This document shows positions 10,637-20,561 of a stretch of 64,000 bases of DNA, one piece after another. Every line of letters starts with the position of its first letter. The first letter of the stretch is position 1. The position numbers were made by a program, and so were the translations under genes. The stretch is taken from the IMG/VR virus record IMGVR_UViG_3300030339_000017; one strand, given 5' to 3'. The notes below the pieces were generated by a model, which saw nothing but the letters and a program-made list of their open reading frames with translations, searched no databases and was not told the origin of the DNA. Source of the DNA: an uncultured virus (IMG/VR IMGVR_UViG_3300030339_000017). Lineage: Duplodnaviria > Heunggongvirae > Uroviricota > Caudoviricetes.

Positions 10637-11080
10637 TTAGCATTTTTTACCAGTACCTTTTTTAGGCATCTTTGGAGTTTTCTTTGTAATCATCTTATTA
10701 TTAATTTTAGTAGTTTTAACAACAGTATCAATACATTCTACGGTCCAACCTAGAAAGTACGCGTGCTGTTCTCCTCCTAAATCTATCTCTAACGCCTCAA
10801 TAAAATCATACACTTTATTAGTAAAATGGCATGCTTCATGAGCCATATTACTTGCACTTATTTCTCTTATTTTATTTAAAGATATAATTATTCCATACCT
10901 ATCCGTATCATTCTTTACTAATAGGTTTGTAGTTTTAGCAATCCAGATGTCATCACTATCTAATTCTATTGGTTTATTGTTATATTTATATCTAAACATA
11001 CTACAGATAGATTCATCTTCGCCTACCACTATCCATAACTTAACTGGATATATCTCTGGATCAAATTCGTGTATAGTCAT
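10637..11080 (-). CDS. HExxH (zincin-like) protein
   Basis: AHEACH plus downstream EQHAY. Confidence 0.6.
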   Translation of the reverse strand: MTIHEFDPEIYPVKLWIVVGEDESICSMFRYKYNNKPIELDSDDIWIAKTTNLLVKNDTDRYGIIISLNKIREISASNMAHEACHFTNKVYDFIEALEIDLGGEQHAYFLGWTVECIDTVVKTTKINNKMITKKTPKMPKKGTGKKC

Positions 11081-11087
11081 TAATAGT

Positions 11088-11279
11088 CTATTTGTATAAC
11101 ATTTTATTAAATACCTGATACATAAGGCATCCTTTTTCTTCTGATATACATTTATTTATTTGATTATCTGTCTTTTGACAATTCAATTTACATACTGATA
11201 TTGCGAATGCATTATTTGCTTTATTTATCGATATTCTTTTTGATTTTCCTTGCGTCATATATATCTCTTTTTTTACCAA
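11088..11279 (-). CDS. Hypothetical Cys-containing protein
   Basis: 63 aa ORF. Confidence 0.4.
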   Translation of the reverse strand: MVKKEIYMTQGKSKRISINKANNAFAISVCKLNCQKTDNQINKCISEEKGCLMYQVFNKMLYK

Positions 11280-11499
11280 TTAATCTCTTCTTTAATTTAA
11301 TCTTAAATAAATACGCAAACATAAATGTCTTTTCATTGTTAGGATCTGCCATTCTTCTAGATGCGAATATAAACGGATGATTACATATTACGCTTATTAT
11401 AGATCTATGTAAGTTATATTTTTTTGCTAATATAGAATATATGTCACTGGTACTATTATCCATTTTGGTTCTATTATTCTTATTGACGGATATATCCAA
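11221..11499 (-). CDS. HU/IHF-like DNA-binding protein, divergent
   Basis: Basic; IYSILAKKYNL..IISVIC..F...MFAYLFKIKLK pattern; start may be the second Met. Confidence 0.45.
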   Translation of the reverse strand: MDISVNKNNRTKMDNSTSDIYSILAKKYNLHRSIISVICNHPFIFASRRMADPNNEKTFMFAYLFKIKLKKRLIGKKRDIYDARKIKKNIDK

Positions 11500-11628
11500 T
11501 ATGGAATATCACTGTGTATAGTAATTTTTATATTACTGTTTTGTTTGTCTTTTCTTTCTTTCAGTAAAGAATTAAAGTACGATTGCTCTCCTACTTCATA
11601 TCCAATATCACTTTTGTTTTTAAAAATC

Positions 11629-12024
11629 CTACTGAATAATGACTTCTTCTTGTTGTAATAACTCATTTTGTTTAATTTTTAATATCATGGTTATCTGAAT
11701 CGTTCTATTACCTATTGGCTGCGGAATCAACGCTCTGTTTATTGTTAGTAGCCTATTCTCTATTACAAATATTTTCTTTCTAACAAATTTCTGTATGTAT
11801 CTACATAGATTATCTTTTGTTATACCTAGTGCTAGCATAACTAGCTTTCTATTCTCTGTGCAATCTATCGCTTTCTTACTTTTCCTATGCCTAGATACAT
11901 GTATTTCTAAGAATGCTGATAATAGTTCAATTTCTCTATTTGTTAATTCAAGTATTCCATTTAAGCTTTTTAAAAACTCATATCCAACATTGTCTATAGA
12001 TATTGTTTTTATAAACTTGTTCAT
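11629..12024 (-). CDS. Putative winged-helix DNA-binding protein
   Basis: LTNREIELL...LGITKDNLCRYIQKFVRKK. Confidence 0.5.
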   Translation of the reverse strand: MNKFIKTISIDNVGYEFLKSLNGILELTNREIELLSAFLEIHVSRHRKSKKAIDCTENRKLVMLALGITKDNLCRYIQKFVRKKIFVIENRLLTINRALIPQPIGNRTIQITMILKIKQNELLQQEEVIIQ

Positions 12025-12461
12025 TACGCTACTAATTTTTCTAGTAAATCAATCATATTGTGATATACAGTCTCTGCTTCATATAGATGATCTATTCTTT
12101 CTCCGGATACAAACTGCGTTTCCATCTCAGCTCTAACTTCTTTTAATTTGTTTATAAATTCTATAGATTTAAGATTTATTCTATTTTCAATTAAATAAAG
12201 CCTGTCTTTGGCATCCTCAAATTCTTCTCTAACTGATTTTGGAGCATAGTCTAATTTTGATTCAAACCATTCAGTTACCTGGAAATATTCATCCAATAAA
12301 TAGTCTTCAGTTATTTCCGTCCTATTATTTCTAGTAAATCCATTTCCAACTCTTTCAGAATTAAATACAAATGTATCTGTATTATTATTTCTTGTTGCTG
12401 TATCACCAATTTCTAATCCGTATATTGGTTTAGTTACTTCTACTGTTTTAATATTGTTCAT
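12024..12461 (-). CDS. Hypothetical protein
   Basis: 145 aa, first gene after promoter at about 12500. Confidence 0.65.
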   Translation of the reverse strand: MNNIKTVEVTKPIYGLEIGDTATRNNNTDTFVFNSERVGNGFTRNNRTEITEDYLLDEYFQVTEWFESKLDYAPKSVREEFEDAKDRLYLIENRINLKSIEFINKLKEVRAEMETQFVSGERIDHLYEAETVYHNMIDLLEKLVA

Positions 12462-12491
12462 TCTATTATATAATTTAATGTTCTATATATA

Positions 12492-12516
12492 TAAACGTAA
12501 ATAATTAAAAAAGGTT
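12492..12516 (-). promoter_or_regulatory. Putative ECF-type late promoter (AAC-N16-CGTTT)
   Basis: Minus strand AACcttttttaattatttaCGTTTA in an intergenic gap. Confidence 0.65.
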
Positions 12517-12787
12517 GTATGTATATGTAAGTTATTTTAAATAAAAAGGCCTAGAGAATAATCCCTAAGCCTAATCATTAAATAGAATTGAAAAACAAAC
12601 TTATGTTTATAATGTATTTGTGAGTTCTAAAATCTTTTGTATTAACAAACTTATTTCACTGGACTTTCCAGCTCTATTAAAAGAATCTATCGCTGCCGAT
12701 AGTGTTGTTATTGCATTTAATCTTAATTGTGTCTCCATTTTTTAGTATTATTTAATTTGAAAAAAGATTATAAATAGACTACTATAT

Positions 12788-13252
12788 TTAAATTTTAATA
12801 AACCCCATACTAGTTCTCTTTAGATTCATTGCCTCTACGGCTAATCTATCTACGATATCATTCCCAATTATTCCAGAATGACCCTTCACCCATTTAATTG
12901 TTATATGATTATGTTTACTTATTATTTTATATACATCTATCCAAAGATCTGGATTTTTAATTTTAGAGAATCCATTTAAACTCCATTTATTTAACCAACC
13001 GCAATTTATAGCATTTTCTATATATTTAGAATCAGTAAAGATAGTAACATTTTCTTTTTCTATATTTATAGTCTTGTCTATAGACATTTTTAATGCGCAT
13101 ATAAATCCGAATAACTCCATTCTATTATTAGTGGTATACTCGTTATATCCTGATTGAAATTCTATAGTAGAATCACTTTTTATTATTGCTGCTGCATATC
13201 CACCTGGACCAGGATTGCCCGAGCAAGCCCCGTCACACCATATACTTATCAT
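12788..13252 (-). CDS. rnhA: Ribonuclease HI
   Basis: DGACSGNPGPGG, TTNNRMEL, TDSKY, KNPDLW, WVKGHSG..GN..VD.LA. Confidence 0.95.
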   Translation of the reverse strand: MISIWCDGACSGNPGPGGYAAAIIKSDSTIEFQSGYNEYTTNNRMELFGFICALKMSIDKTINIEKENVTIFTDSKYIENAINCGWLNKWSLNGFSKIKNPDLWIDVYKIISKHNHITIKWVKGHSGIIGNDIVDRLAVEAMNLKRTSMGFIKI

Positions 13253-13893
13253 TACTTTACTTTTGCTAGAACTTCATAATGAGATATAAGTGCTGAGTCT
13301 TTGTATAGGTCAAAGTCTATTGATCTCTTATTTGGGTATACAATAGTATCTCCAATATTAATCTTCAACGTAATATCTGTATCTTTTACTGCTGACAATG
13401 ATACTGGCACTGCAATTACAATTCCTTTTCTAAGCATTGAGTCTGTTTCAACTTGCTTAATAGTCATTTGCATAATTGCATTACCTTCCTCGTCTTTTTC
13501 TCCCGAATCTTCTGGTACAGTAAGAGTTTTTGTTACCTTCTCAATATCTAATGGCTTAACCAATATCATATTAGAGAATTCATAACCTAATTTATCTGAA
13601 ATAGCTTGTGCTAAAGTAACATTATCCATGTTTTCAATTGAAGCAACATCTGCCACTGTTTGTTCTTGGATATCTTTTATATTTTCCATATTGTTTATTT
13701 CTATTATTTCGTCTTCATCATCATAAAGTAATTTCATGATGGTATCAACATTATTACTAATACTATCTATATATTCTATAGGCAGTTCTTTTATAAATTC
13801 TTTATTCTTCTTTTCTAGATCTATCAACCAATCCTCTTCTGGAACTTCAGACTTAATTACTTCAAATCCATACTTATCGTTTATCGGCATCAT
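13252..13893 (-). CDS. GroES/Cpn10-like co-chaperonin domain protein
   Basis: C-terminal ILVKPL...KGIVIAV...IGDTIVY...EVLAKV. Confidence 0.6.
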   Translation of the reverse strand: MMPINDKYGFEVIKSEVPEEDWLIDLEKKNKEFIKELPIEYIDSISNNVDTIMKLLYDDEDEIIEINNMENIKDIQEQTVADVASIENMDNVTLAQAISDKLGYEFSNMILVKPLDIEKVTKTLTVPEDSGEKDEEGNAIMQMTIKQVETDSMLRKGIVIAVPVSLSAVKDTDITLKINIGDTIVYPNKRSIDFDLYKDSALISHYEVLAKVK

Positions 13894-13982
13894 CTTTATC
13901 CTTCTTTAATACGCAGTCATTATCATATTTTGAATGCCATTTACCGCATCCTTGGCAATAACTATATTCTTTCATATATACC

Positions 13983-14009
13983 TAAACGTAATAAGTACTA
14001 TATTTGTTT
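13983..14009 (-). promoter_or_regulatory. Putative ECF-type late promoter (AAC-N17-CGTTT)
   Basis: Minus strand AAACaaatatagtacttattaCGTTTA. Confidence 0.55.
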
Positions 14010-14012
14010 TAA

Positions 14013-14261
14013 CTAATAGTCCCATTCTTTACTATTATCTCTAATATTATCTAGAGCAATCTTAGTGGTTTCATTCTGTATGGATATCTTATCGTAAAAT
14101 GTGCTTGAATTACTTGTTTTAAGCTCTTCTAATGATACTTTACTATTTAGTCTATACTTTCTCTTATTTATCTTTATAGGTCTCTTATACTCAAGCCTAG
14201 ACCACTCCCATTCACTCCTGGTTATCCATTGCATCTTCTTCTTTATACATTGTAACTGCAT
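14013..14261 (-). CDS. Hypothetical protein
   Basis: 82 aa ORF. Confidence 0.45.
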   Translation of the reverse strand: MQLQCIKKKMQWITRSEWEWSRLEYKRPIKINKRKYRLNSKVSLEELKTSNSSTFYDKISIQNETTKIALDNIRDNSKEWDY

Positions 14262-14560
14262 ATAGTATCTATTTATGTATTAAACACAATAATCCCCTTG
14301 AGAACTGGTCCATACCTCAGTTTGGCTTTCTAGGTCTTTTATTCATATCTGTACGTCCCTTTCGGTACACCCACACGCTTATCTCACTCTCCCCTCATTA
14401 GATACACATTCCTAAGAATAGTAACCCGCGCCATATGTTTTATTAATCTATTTGATACTACCGGAGAAAACTCATCACTTAAGCAACTACAATCCGATGT
14501 CTAACCCTTCTGCTTTCGCCCTCTGGGTGTGTTAGGTTGGGAAACCTAGTATCAACACCT

Positions 14561-14587
14561 ATAACGTAATAACTTCAAAAAGGTTTA
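14561..14587 (-). promoter_or_regulatory. Putative ECF-type late promoter at head of minus-strand region
   Basis: Minus strand TAAACctttttgaagttattaCGTTAT. Confidence 0.65.
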
Positions 14588-14632
14588 CACTAAAATGAAA
14601 ATTTTTTGAAAATAATTTAAAATAGTCCAAAT

Positions 14633-14740
14633 GTATGAGACCGTGAAACAAAATTTTTTGGTAAATTTAGAAAGTTGAGAGGATATACGAGAGCGTGAAA
14701 CTATTTTTTCAAACACCCCGTATGTATGAGCATGCGAAAC
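14633..14740. repeat. Three imperfect 17-bp direct repeats at the strand switch
   Basis: gtatgagaccgtgaaac (14633), atacgagagcgtgaaac (14685), gtatgagcatgcgaaac (14724). Confidence 0.65.
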
Positions 14741-14748
14741 TGTATTGT

Positions 14749-14808
14749 TCAAGCCCCCGGTATAGAAATTTAGCGGGAAACACCCCCGTCAACCTGCCGA
14801 AGTACAAT
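14749..14808 (+). promoter_or_regulatory. Two copies of putative early promoter motif
   Basis: TCAAGCCCCCGGTATAGA (14749), TCAACCTGCCGAAGTACA (14789). Confidence 0.5.
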
Positions 14809-15002
14809 CGAGAAGGCAATTCAATCCTCTATTATGTCGTGATGACATTCTTTTCCCCAATTGCGTTGCAGTGGTGAGTACGTCTTGTGTTGAAGCACTT
14901 AGATATCAGTTAGGAGACTGATAAGACTGGAAAGCCACTGCGTATCCTACTCAAGGGTATCAAATAGGCTAGAATTGGATTGCTTTTAAGTATTGTATGT
15001 AA

Positions 15003-15022
15003 TCAAGCTACCGATATAAATA
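15003..15022 (+). promoter_or_regulatory. Putative early promoter motif
   Basis: TCAAGCTACCGATATAAATA upstream of ORF 15099. Confidence 0.55.
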
Positions 15023-15098
15023 CGTAGAGTGAAAAACTCACGCGAGCGCGTAAGGACAGTATATAATCAACTAATATTAACAACTAATCATTATCAAA

Positions 15099-15449
15099 AT
15101 GAAGACATTCAACAGAGTAGACTGCATTAAGTGGTCAGTAATTGGCCTTATTCTAGGCTTATCAATCATATTGGCTACGTCGTGTAGCAGTCCTTCTCGT
15201 CAAAGAGCAGAACAAATTGCCAAACAATCTGCAGTAATTTCCGATACTATTCCACAGGATACTGTATGGCAATGCAGTGTAACTGGGTATAATGAAGGTG
15301 AGTTTGTCATTCAAAGGCCTAACATTTATTACAAATGCGGTTCTATTGAGTGTTTAAAGGCACTTGATAAAATATCCAAGGACTTCTATGTATCATGTGA
15401 TTCAGTAGTCATATATAAGCAGCAAATAACCTTATTAGACTACAATTAA
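15099..15449 (+). CDS. Putative lipoprotein
   Basis: Hydrophobic signal ending in LATSC lipobox. Confidence 0.6.
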   Translation: MKTFNRVDCIKWSVIGLILGLSIILATSCSSPSRQRAEQIAKQSAVISDTIPQDTVWQCSVTGYNEGEFVIQRPNIYYKCGSIECLKALDKISKDFYVSCDSVVIYKQQITLLDYN

Positions 15450-15568
15450 CTCATAGTATTTAACAGATAATTACTGTTCATACTTATTCTCCTAATACAG
15501 TAGCTCGGGTGGTCATTCTTCCCCTCGCTACTAAGAGTAAACATTAACAATAACTAACTATTATCAAA

Positions 15569-15757
15569 ATGGCAAAAATAACATTAAACAGTAAAAATGA
15601 AACTGAAATTACACTTTCGCAGAGAGAAGCTGCTGAATTAATAGACGTAATGACTCTTTACAAATTAAACTGCAACATAGTACGTAATCCGGAATTAATC
15701 CCAGTGGACCACTTTATATTTTGTCTGGCCGAAGTTCAATTAGACAAAGTATACTAA
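15569..15757 (+). CDS. Hypothetical protein
   Basis: 62 aa, TTATCAAAATG start context. Confidence 0.6.
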   Translation: MAKITLNSKNETEITLSQREAAELIDVMTLYKLNCNIVRNPELIPVDHFIFCLAEVQLDKVY

Positions 15758-15961
15758 CAAATTAAGTTATGAAAGAGTTCTTATCGTTATGCTTCACTAT
15801 AGCACTAATCATAATGGCGTTATGGGTAATTGGTAAAGACGTTATTAATCGTTTAAAACACTAATCATGGAAGACTATTATGATTCAGATATCACTGCAT
15901 TGCAGTACGATTTATTGTGTAGAATGCCTCAAAAGAGGATGTATTGACAGGTTGTTATCAG

Positions 15962-16013
15962 GCTGCAGGGATTTGCTCACTGGGTGAATTACTGCAGCTA
16001 GAGCCTTTTTTTT
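15962..16013 (+). terminator. Putative intrinsic terminator
   Basis: gctgcag...ctgcagc stem followed by a T run. Confidence 0.5.
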
Positions 16014-16019
16014 GGTTAA

Positions 16020-16039
16020 TCAAGCCACCGTTGTAGATA
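16020..16039 (+). promoter_or_regulatory. Putative early promoter motif
   Basis: TCAAGCCACCGTTGTAGATA just after terminator, upstream of ORF 16107. Confidence 0.55.
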
Positions 16040-16106
16040 GTTGCGGGGAGAGAAAGACTTCCATTAAACCCTTTATATAGTATTCACATTTAAAAACAAA
16101 CTCGTT

Positions 16107-16544
16107 ATGAAATTTCAAATTATCAGTGCCAAGGTAGCACAAGTAACAAAAGCAGGAGCCAATTTTGGCAAAGAATATATTGATGCAGTAGTTATTCCAG
16201 ACTCAATGTTTATGAGCGCAGAACACCGCACAATGATATTCCCAACATCGGCACAAATGACGGCATGGAAAGCTCAGATTGATGCAATCAATTCTGGTTC
16301 TCCAATGGCTTATCCTGCAAAGTATGTTGTTGTTAAGGTTAAAACTCCTTATCAAATCGTTCGCGAAGGTAAATTATTGCCTAATGTACACACAGAAATG
16401 CGTGTATTGGTTATGGTCGATCCTGAGACCAGTGAAGCAATTGAATCAGCAGATGGTATTGCAGCACAGACAATCAGTAATATGATTGCCAATAAGACCA
16501 TAGTTGCAGCACAGATTGATGCAGCTCCAATGGTAACTGCATAA
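16107..16544 (+). CDS. Hypothetical protein
   Basis: 145 aa ORF. Confidence 0.7.
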   Translation: MKFQIISAKVAQVTKAGANFGKEYIDAVVIPDSMFMSAEHRTMIFPTSAQMTAWKAQIDAINSGSPMAYPAKYVVVKVKTPYQIVREGKLLPNVHTEMRVLVMVDPETSEAIESADGIAAQTISNMIANKTIVAAQIDAAPMVTA

Positions 16545-16931
16545 AGATGCAATAGTGTTGACATAGTATGATGAATAAAGGATTAGTAAAGTATGTATAG
16601 TCAGTTGACCAAGAGGTTAGGCCACGATTATACTGCCTACTAATCCTTTACTTTGTTGTGTAGCACGTGGATTTGCTCAAATGGCAGCGATTAACGAGTA
16701 AAGTGTATTAATTAGCCTAAAAATAGGGTAAAATAGAGTAAAATTAGTGGGTGAAATAAGGTTGAAATAGGGTGACTATCTTGTTCTACCCTCTATCTAA
16801 CACTCTAAAAATACCTATACTTATATCATTAGTGTATTATATGGCCTTATAACGCATTTTAAGCCCTTTTAAGACACTTTAATCTAAAAGTAATACAAAC
16901 TATTAATCAATAATGAATAACACTTAAAACC

Positions 16932-17162
16932 ATGTCAACAGAGTTAGGCAAGTTAAAGGGGAAAATAGAAATCCCAGTTCCAGGAAGGATGGAAGTAACC
17001 TATATGGATACAGAGGTATCTTTAAATAGATTCTGGGGAGGTACAGAGAGAGGCGTTTCACTACAATTGATAGTTGAAAATGAAGCACATAGGTTTTCTT
17101 ATGTTCAACTATCAGAATACGAAGTTAAAATACTAAAGGATATATTAAACGAATACTTTTAA
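16932..17162 (+). CDS. Hypothetical phage protein
   Basis: 76 aa, RFWGG..RG..LQL. Confidence 0.65.
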   Translation: MSTELGKLKGKIEIPVPGRMEVTYMDTEVSLNRFWGGTERGVSLQLIVENEAHRFSYVQLSEYEVKILKDILNEYF

Positions 17163-17173
17163 ATCAATTAAAA

Positions 17174-17416
17174 ATGGCAAAAGAACTAGTGACAGTTCCA
17201 ATGGGGACTACAAAATTCAAAGGCTATGATAAGCCTAGATTTACAAAATCAAAAACATACAGACAAGAAATAAAGATTGGAAACGGCTCAGAAGATGCAA
17301 CATTGCTTGGTGAAAAAAGACAATTCATAGAAATATGTAGTAATTGTCACATGCCTTGGGGCGAACATATAGAAATTAGCAGCTGTCCAGAGCATCAAAT
17401 CATTAAATTCACTTAA
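17174..17416 (+). CDS. Hypothetical protein with CxxC..H..C
   Basis: CSNCHMPWGEH...CP. Confidence 0.6.
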   Translation: MAKELVTVPMGTTKFKGYDKPRFTKSKTYRQEIKIGNGSEDATLLGEKRQFIEICSNCHMPWGEHIEISSCPEHQIIKFT

Positions 17417-17427
17417 TCATAATCAAT

Positions 17428-17691
17428 ATGGCAAAGAAAAAAAAAGATACGTTCCAACTTCTACCATTGGAATATCTATTAAAGATAGGTAGAATAAAGA
17501 AAGCGCCACATGGAGGGTATCAAAGCAAAGATACAGGGATATGTATTCCAGAACAAATGCAACAAGACTGGAAAAATTCAATAGGGAAGGATATAAAGAT
17601 ATTTACAGAAAAGAAATACTCTTATTTATCAACTAAAGATAATGAAACATTCAAATGGTGGCATATAGAGAAAAAATGGTGTAAACCATAG
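17428..17691 (+). CDS. Hypothetical protein
   Basis: 87 aa ORF. Confidence 0.6.
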   Translation: MAKKKKDTFQLLPLEYLLKIGRIKKAPHGGYQSKDTGICIPEQMQQDWKNSIGKDIKIFTEKKYSYLSTKDNETFKWWHIEKKWCKP

Positions 17692-18205
17692 ATTTTATAG
17701 TTAGTAATAACTTTAAGATAACAAATAAAAATAATAGAATTATGTATTATCATCGTGATACATAGTTAAATATGCCCGCGTGAACTCAAGCGATATAAAA
17801 TGCATAATAAAACGATGAATAATACATAAAAATGCATAAGTTTGGGATGAGGGGGCCCTATTTAAAAAACTTAATAACTTCACAAGTCATTGAGTGCACC
17901 AGTTTCTACACAGTCAAGAAGGATGATTCCTAAGCCTTATGATAAAATTAATTTTGGCGGTTGAAATTCCGAAGATAATGTATAGTTTTAGGTGTAAAAT
18001 GCAATCCAATTTCATATGAAAAGACCGTTTTATTTAATGTCTCGAAAGCGTTTGAGATAGAGCAGACAGATAGTATAGACTGTCAAAAATAAAGGGGTGA
18101 AGATAGTAAGTCTACAAATCGTCGAATTAAATACGTGTAGCATTAGAACTTCACCCCGTTTTTAAAGAACAAAAACTAATTAATAATAATCAATATTATA
18201 AACAA

Positions 18206-18784
18206 ATGAAAAAATCTAAATGGATATTTCTTCAAATATCATTGTTATTAGTATTAATAGTGATGGTTTATGCCACATTTAAACAAGATTCAAATATAGA
18301 ACTATATCGGAATCAAAGAAATAAAGTCGAGGCAAGAATAAATTGGAATGGCTTAAATTACAGCAAAACAGCAACTCAAGAAGCTGCAGATATTGAACCA
18401 ATGGATCAGGTAAAAGATTTTAGTTATAGCTATAATCAAACTTTTAATAAAACAAATGATATACAAAGTAATATAAATAATTATTCAGATAATATGCAAT
18501 CATACAGACATGATGTAGAACAAGAATCTAATGATTATAATCAATTGCCTTTTGTATATAATTTAAGTAATAATAAAAAACAGGATCAATTGGTAAAGTA
18601 CGTGCCATTTGGCAATACTACAACACTATCTGAATCAGTTGATAATTCAACAAAGCAGGATTGCCATCCAATATGGCCTCCATGTCCACCTCCAAAAACA
18701 GTGCCAGTTGGAGATTGTTTAGGTGTAATGACAATTTTATTAGCAATTTACATTTCATTCAAATTTAAATCATTATCAAAATGA
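18206..18784 (+). CDS. Exported protein with PID-CTERM-like C-terminal sorting signal
   Basis: N-terminal signal/TM; PPCPPP linker, VPVGD, TM helix, basic tail. Confidence 0.55.
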   Translation: MKKSKWIFLQISLLLVLIVMVYATFKQDSNIELYRNQRNKVEARINWNGLNYSKTATQEAADIEPMDQVKDFSYSYNQTFNKTNDIQSNINNYSDNMQSYRHDVEQESNDYNQLPFVYNLSNNKKQDQLVKYVPFGNTTTLSESVDNSTKQDCHPIWPPCPPPKTVPVGDCLGVMTILLAIYISFKFKSLSK

Positions 18785-19965
18785 AAAAGAAACTATTAAC
18801 AATATTGTTTTTAATTGTATCACTTAGCTTGATTGCTAATGATAATACGCATTCAAAGTGGAATCTATCTGTAGAGGCAGGTTTAAATCGATTCGATGGA
18901 GACATTAATCAACCGTTGATTAATACATTTCCGGCTTCTATATGGAATCTAACAAGTGGATTAAATATAGAATACAAACTTACAGAAGTATGGGGTATAA
19001 GTATATCTGGGTATTATATACCAATAAAAGCAGATACATACTTAAATAATATACAGAAAGAAGTTCGAACTAAAATATCTGCAAGCAGTTTAAATACTAC
19101 TATAGACTTTACACATTTAATATTTCCATATTCGAAATCAAAGTTAACAGTTAATGGATCAGTAGGATTGGGATATGCATTCTATGTATATAATACGACA
19201 CCAAAGATGACTGCAAATGATATTAACTTTATATTATCCCCATCAAAAGGAATAAGCCCTGAGTTTCCAGTGTTAGATACATATGGAAATGCATTTACAT
19301 TACCAGTATCATTATATGCAAAGTATAATCTATCAAAATATTTTGATATTGGAATTAAAACTACATACATATGTTTTAATAAGGATAATTTAGAAGGAAT
19401 TTGGACATATAAAGGAGTAACGAATGATGGTATAGGATTAGCTACATTATTCGTAAGTTATAAATTCAACCCAATAGAGTATTCTGATAAGCCAATTGAT
19501 TTAAGTTCTAAAGTCAATAAGTTAAATTACGATTTAAAGAATCTTAATAAACAAGTTGATAAACAGAATAAAAAGATTGATTCATTATCTGCCTATATTT
19601 TAAATAAAAAAGAGAATATAACAGAAAGAGATACAATAATTGATAATGTTTATTCTATTTACTTTGACTTTGATAAATCAAATCTTGATGACTGGGCTTT
19701 AATAACAATAAGTAAAGTAGCAAAGCAAATGATTGATAATCCAAAAGATAGAATAGTTATTGTTGGATATTGTGATTGGATGGGAACAGTTCCTTATAAT
19801 TACAATTTAAGTGACAGAAGAGTTGCAAGAGCTAAGAATGAACTAATAAATGTTTGGGGAATAAATCCAGGAAGAATAACAACTAACGGAAAAGGAAAAC
19901 TATATGACCCAAAAATGAAGTATCGTCCAAATAGACGTTGCGATTTTATATTTGGAACATTATAA
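18781..19965 (+). CDS. OmpA family outer-membrane protein
   Basis: Signal peptide, beta-barrel region, coiled coil, C-terminal IYFDFDKS...GYCDWMG...YNYNLSDRR...NRR. Confidence 0.9.
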   Translation: MKKKLLTILFLIVSLSLIANDNTHSKWNLSVEAGLNRFDGDINQPLINTFPASIWNLTSGLNIEYKLTEVWGISISGYYIPIKADTYLNNIQKEVRTKISASSLNTTIDFTHLIFPYSKSKLTVNGSVGLGYAFYVYNTTPKMTANDINFILSPSKGISPEFPVLDTYGNAFTLPVSLYAKYNLSKYFDIGIKTTYICFNKDNLEGIWTYKGVTNDGIGLATLFVSYKFNPIEYSDKPIDLSSKVNKLNYDLKNLNKQVDKQNKKIDSLSAYILNKKENITERDTIIDNVYSIYFDFDKSNLDDWALITISKVAKQMIDNPKDRIVIVGYCDWMGTVPYNYNLSDRRVARAKNELINVWGINPGRITTNGKGKLYDPKMKYRPNRRCDFIFGTL

Positions 19966-20263
19966 ATTAATAATCAATATTATGGCAAAGTATGTAAAAA
20001 CAATTAAAAAATTAAGTGATGGAACTATCGCTAAAGTAGGAATAATAGTTCGATGGGGAAGGGTGCAATATCCAAATATGGAAAATTCAGTTGGAAGAAT
20101 AGAGAAAATAAAAACTGATAAAGACAGAGAAATTGATAACGATGAAGTATTAGTTATATATCCAGATGGAGATGACTCTCGTTTATTGTCTTATCTAACT
20201 GTAGCTACTAAAGAAGAAAGGAAAATATATTATGAGCAACTCCAAATTCATTCCAAAAATTGA
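19952..20263 (+). CDS. Hypothetical protein
   Basis: ORF; real start probably the second Met (MAKYVK). Confidence 0.55.
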   Translation: MEHYKLIINIMAKYVKTIKKLSDGTIAKVGIIVRWGRVQYPNMENSVGRIEKIKTDKDREIDNDEVLVIYPDGDDSRLLSYLTVATKEERKIYYEQLQIHSKN

Positions 20264-20561
20264 CGAAGGTACATACATATGTTGGGTAAATAAAGTTCCA
20301 CATAGTGTTCCTATGTTACAAGGAGTAGACTTCATTAAATCTAAAGTAGTCGTATCTGGAATTCCACCAGAGATAATTTCAAAGGTTTTATATTTAACAC
20401 AAAACAATTAAGATGAAACGTAAAACATTTTATTACAAATTGCTATTATTTTGGTTCTTATCGATATTAGTAGCATTATTAGTTGGTGCACATAGAATTG
20501 GATTATTTGGAGACAAAGCAACGCCGAAAGTTTATTATGAACCAAAAACAAAAGAAGAAAG

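Noticed and set aside
14695..14877. 60-aa ORF at the strand switch
   Set aside because: GTG start inside the repeat and promoter cluster; no coding features
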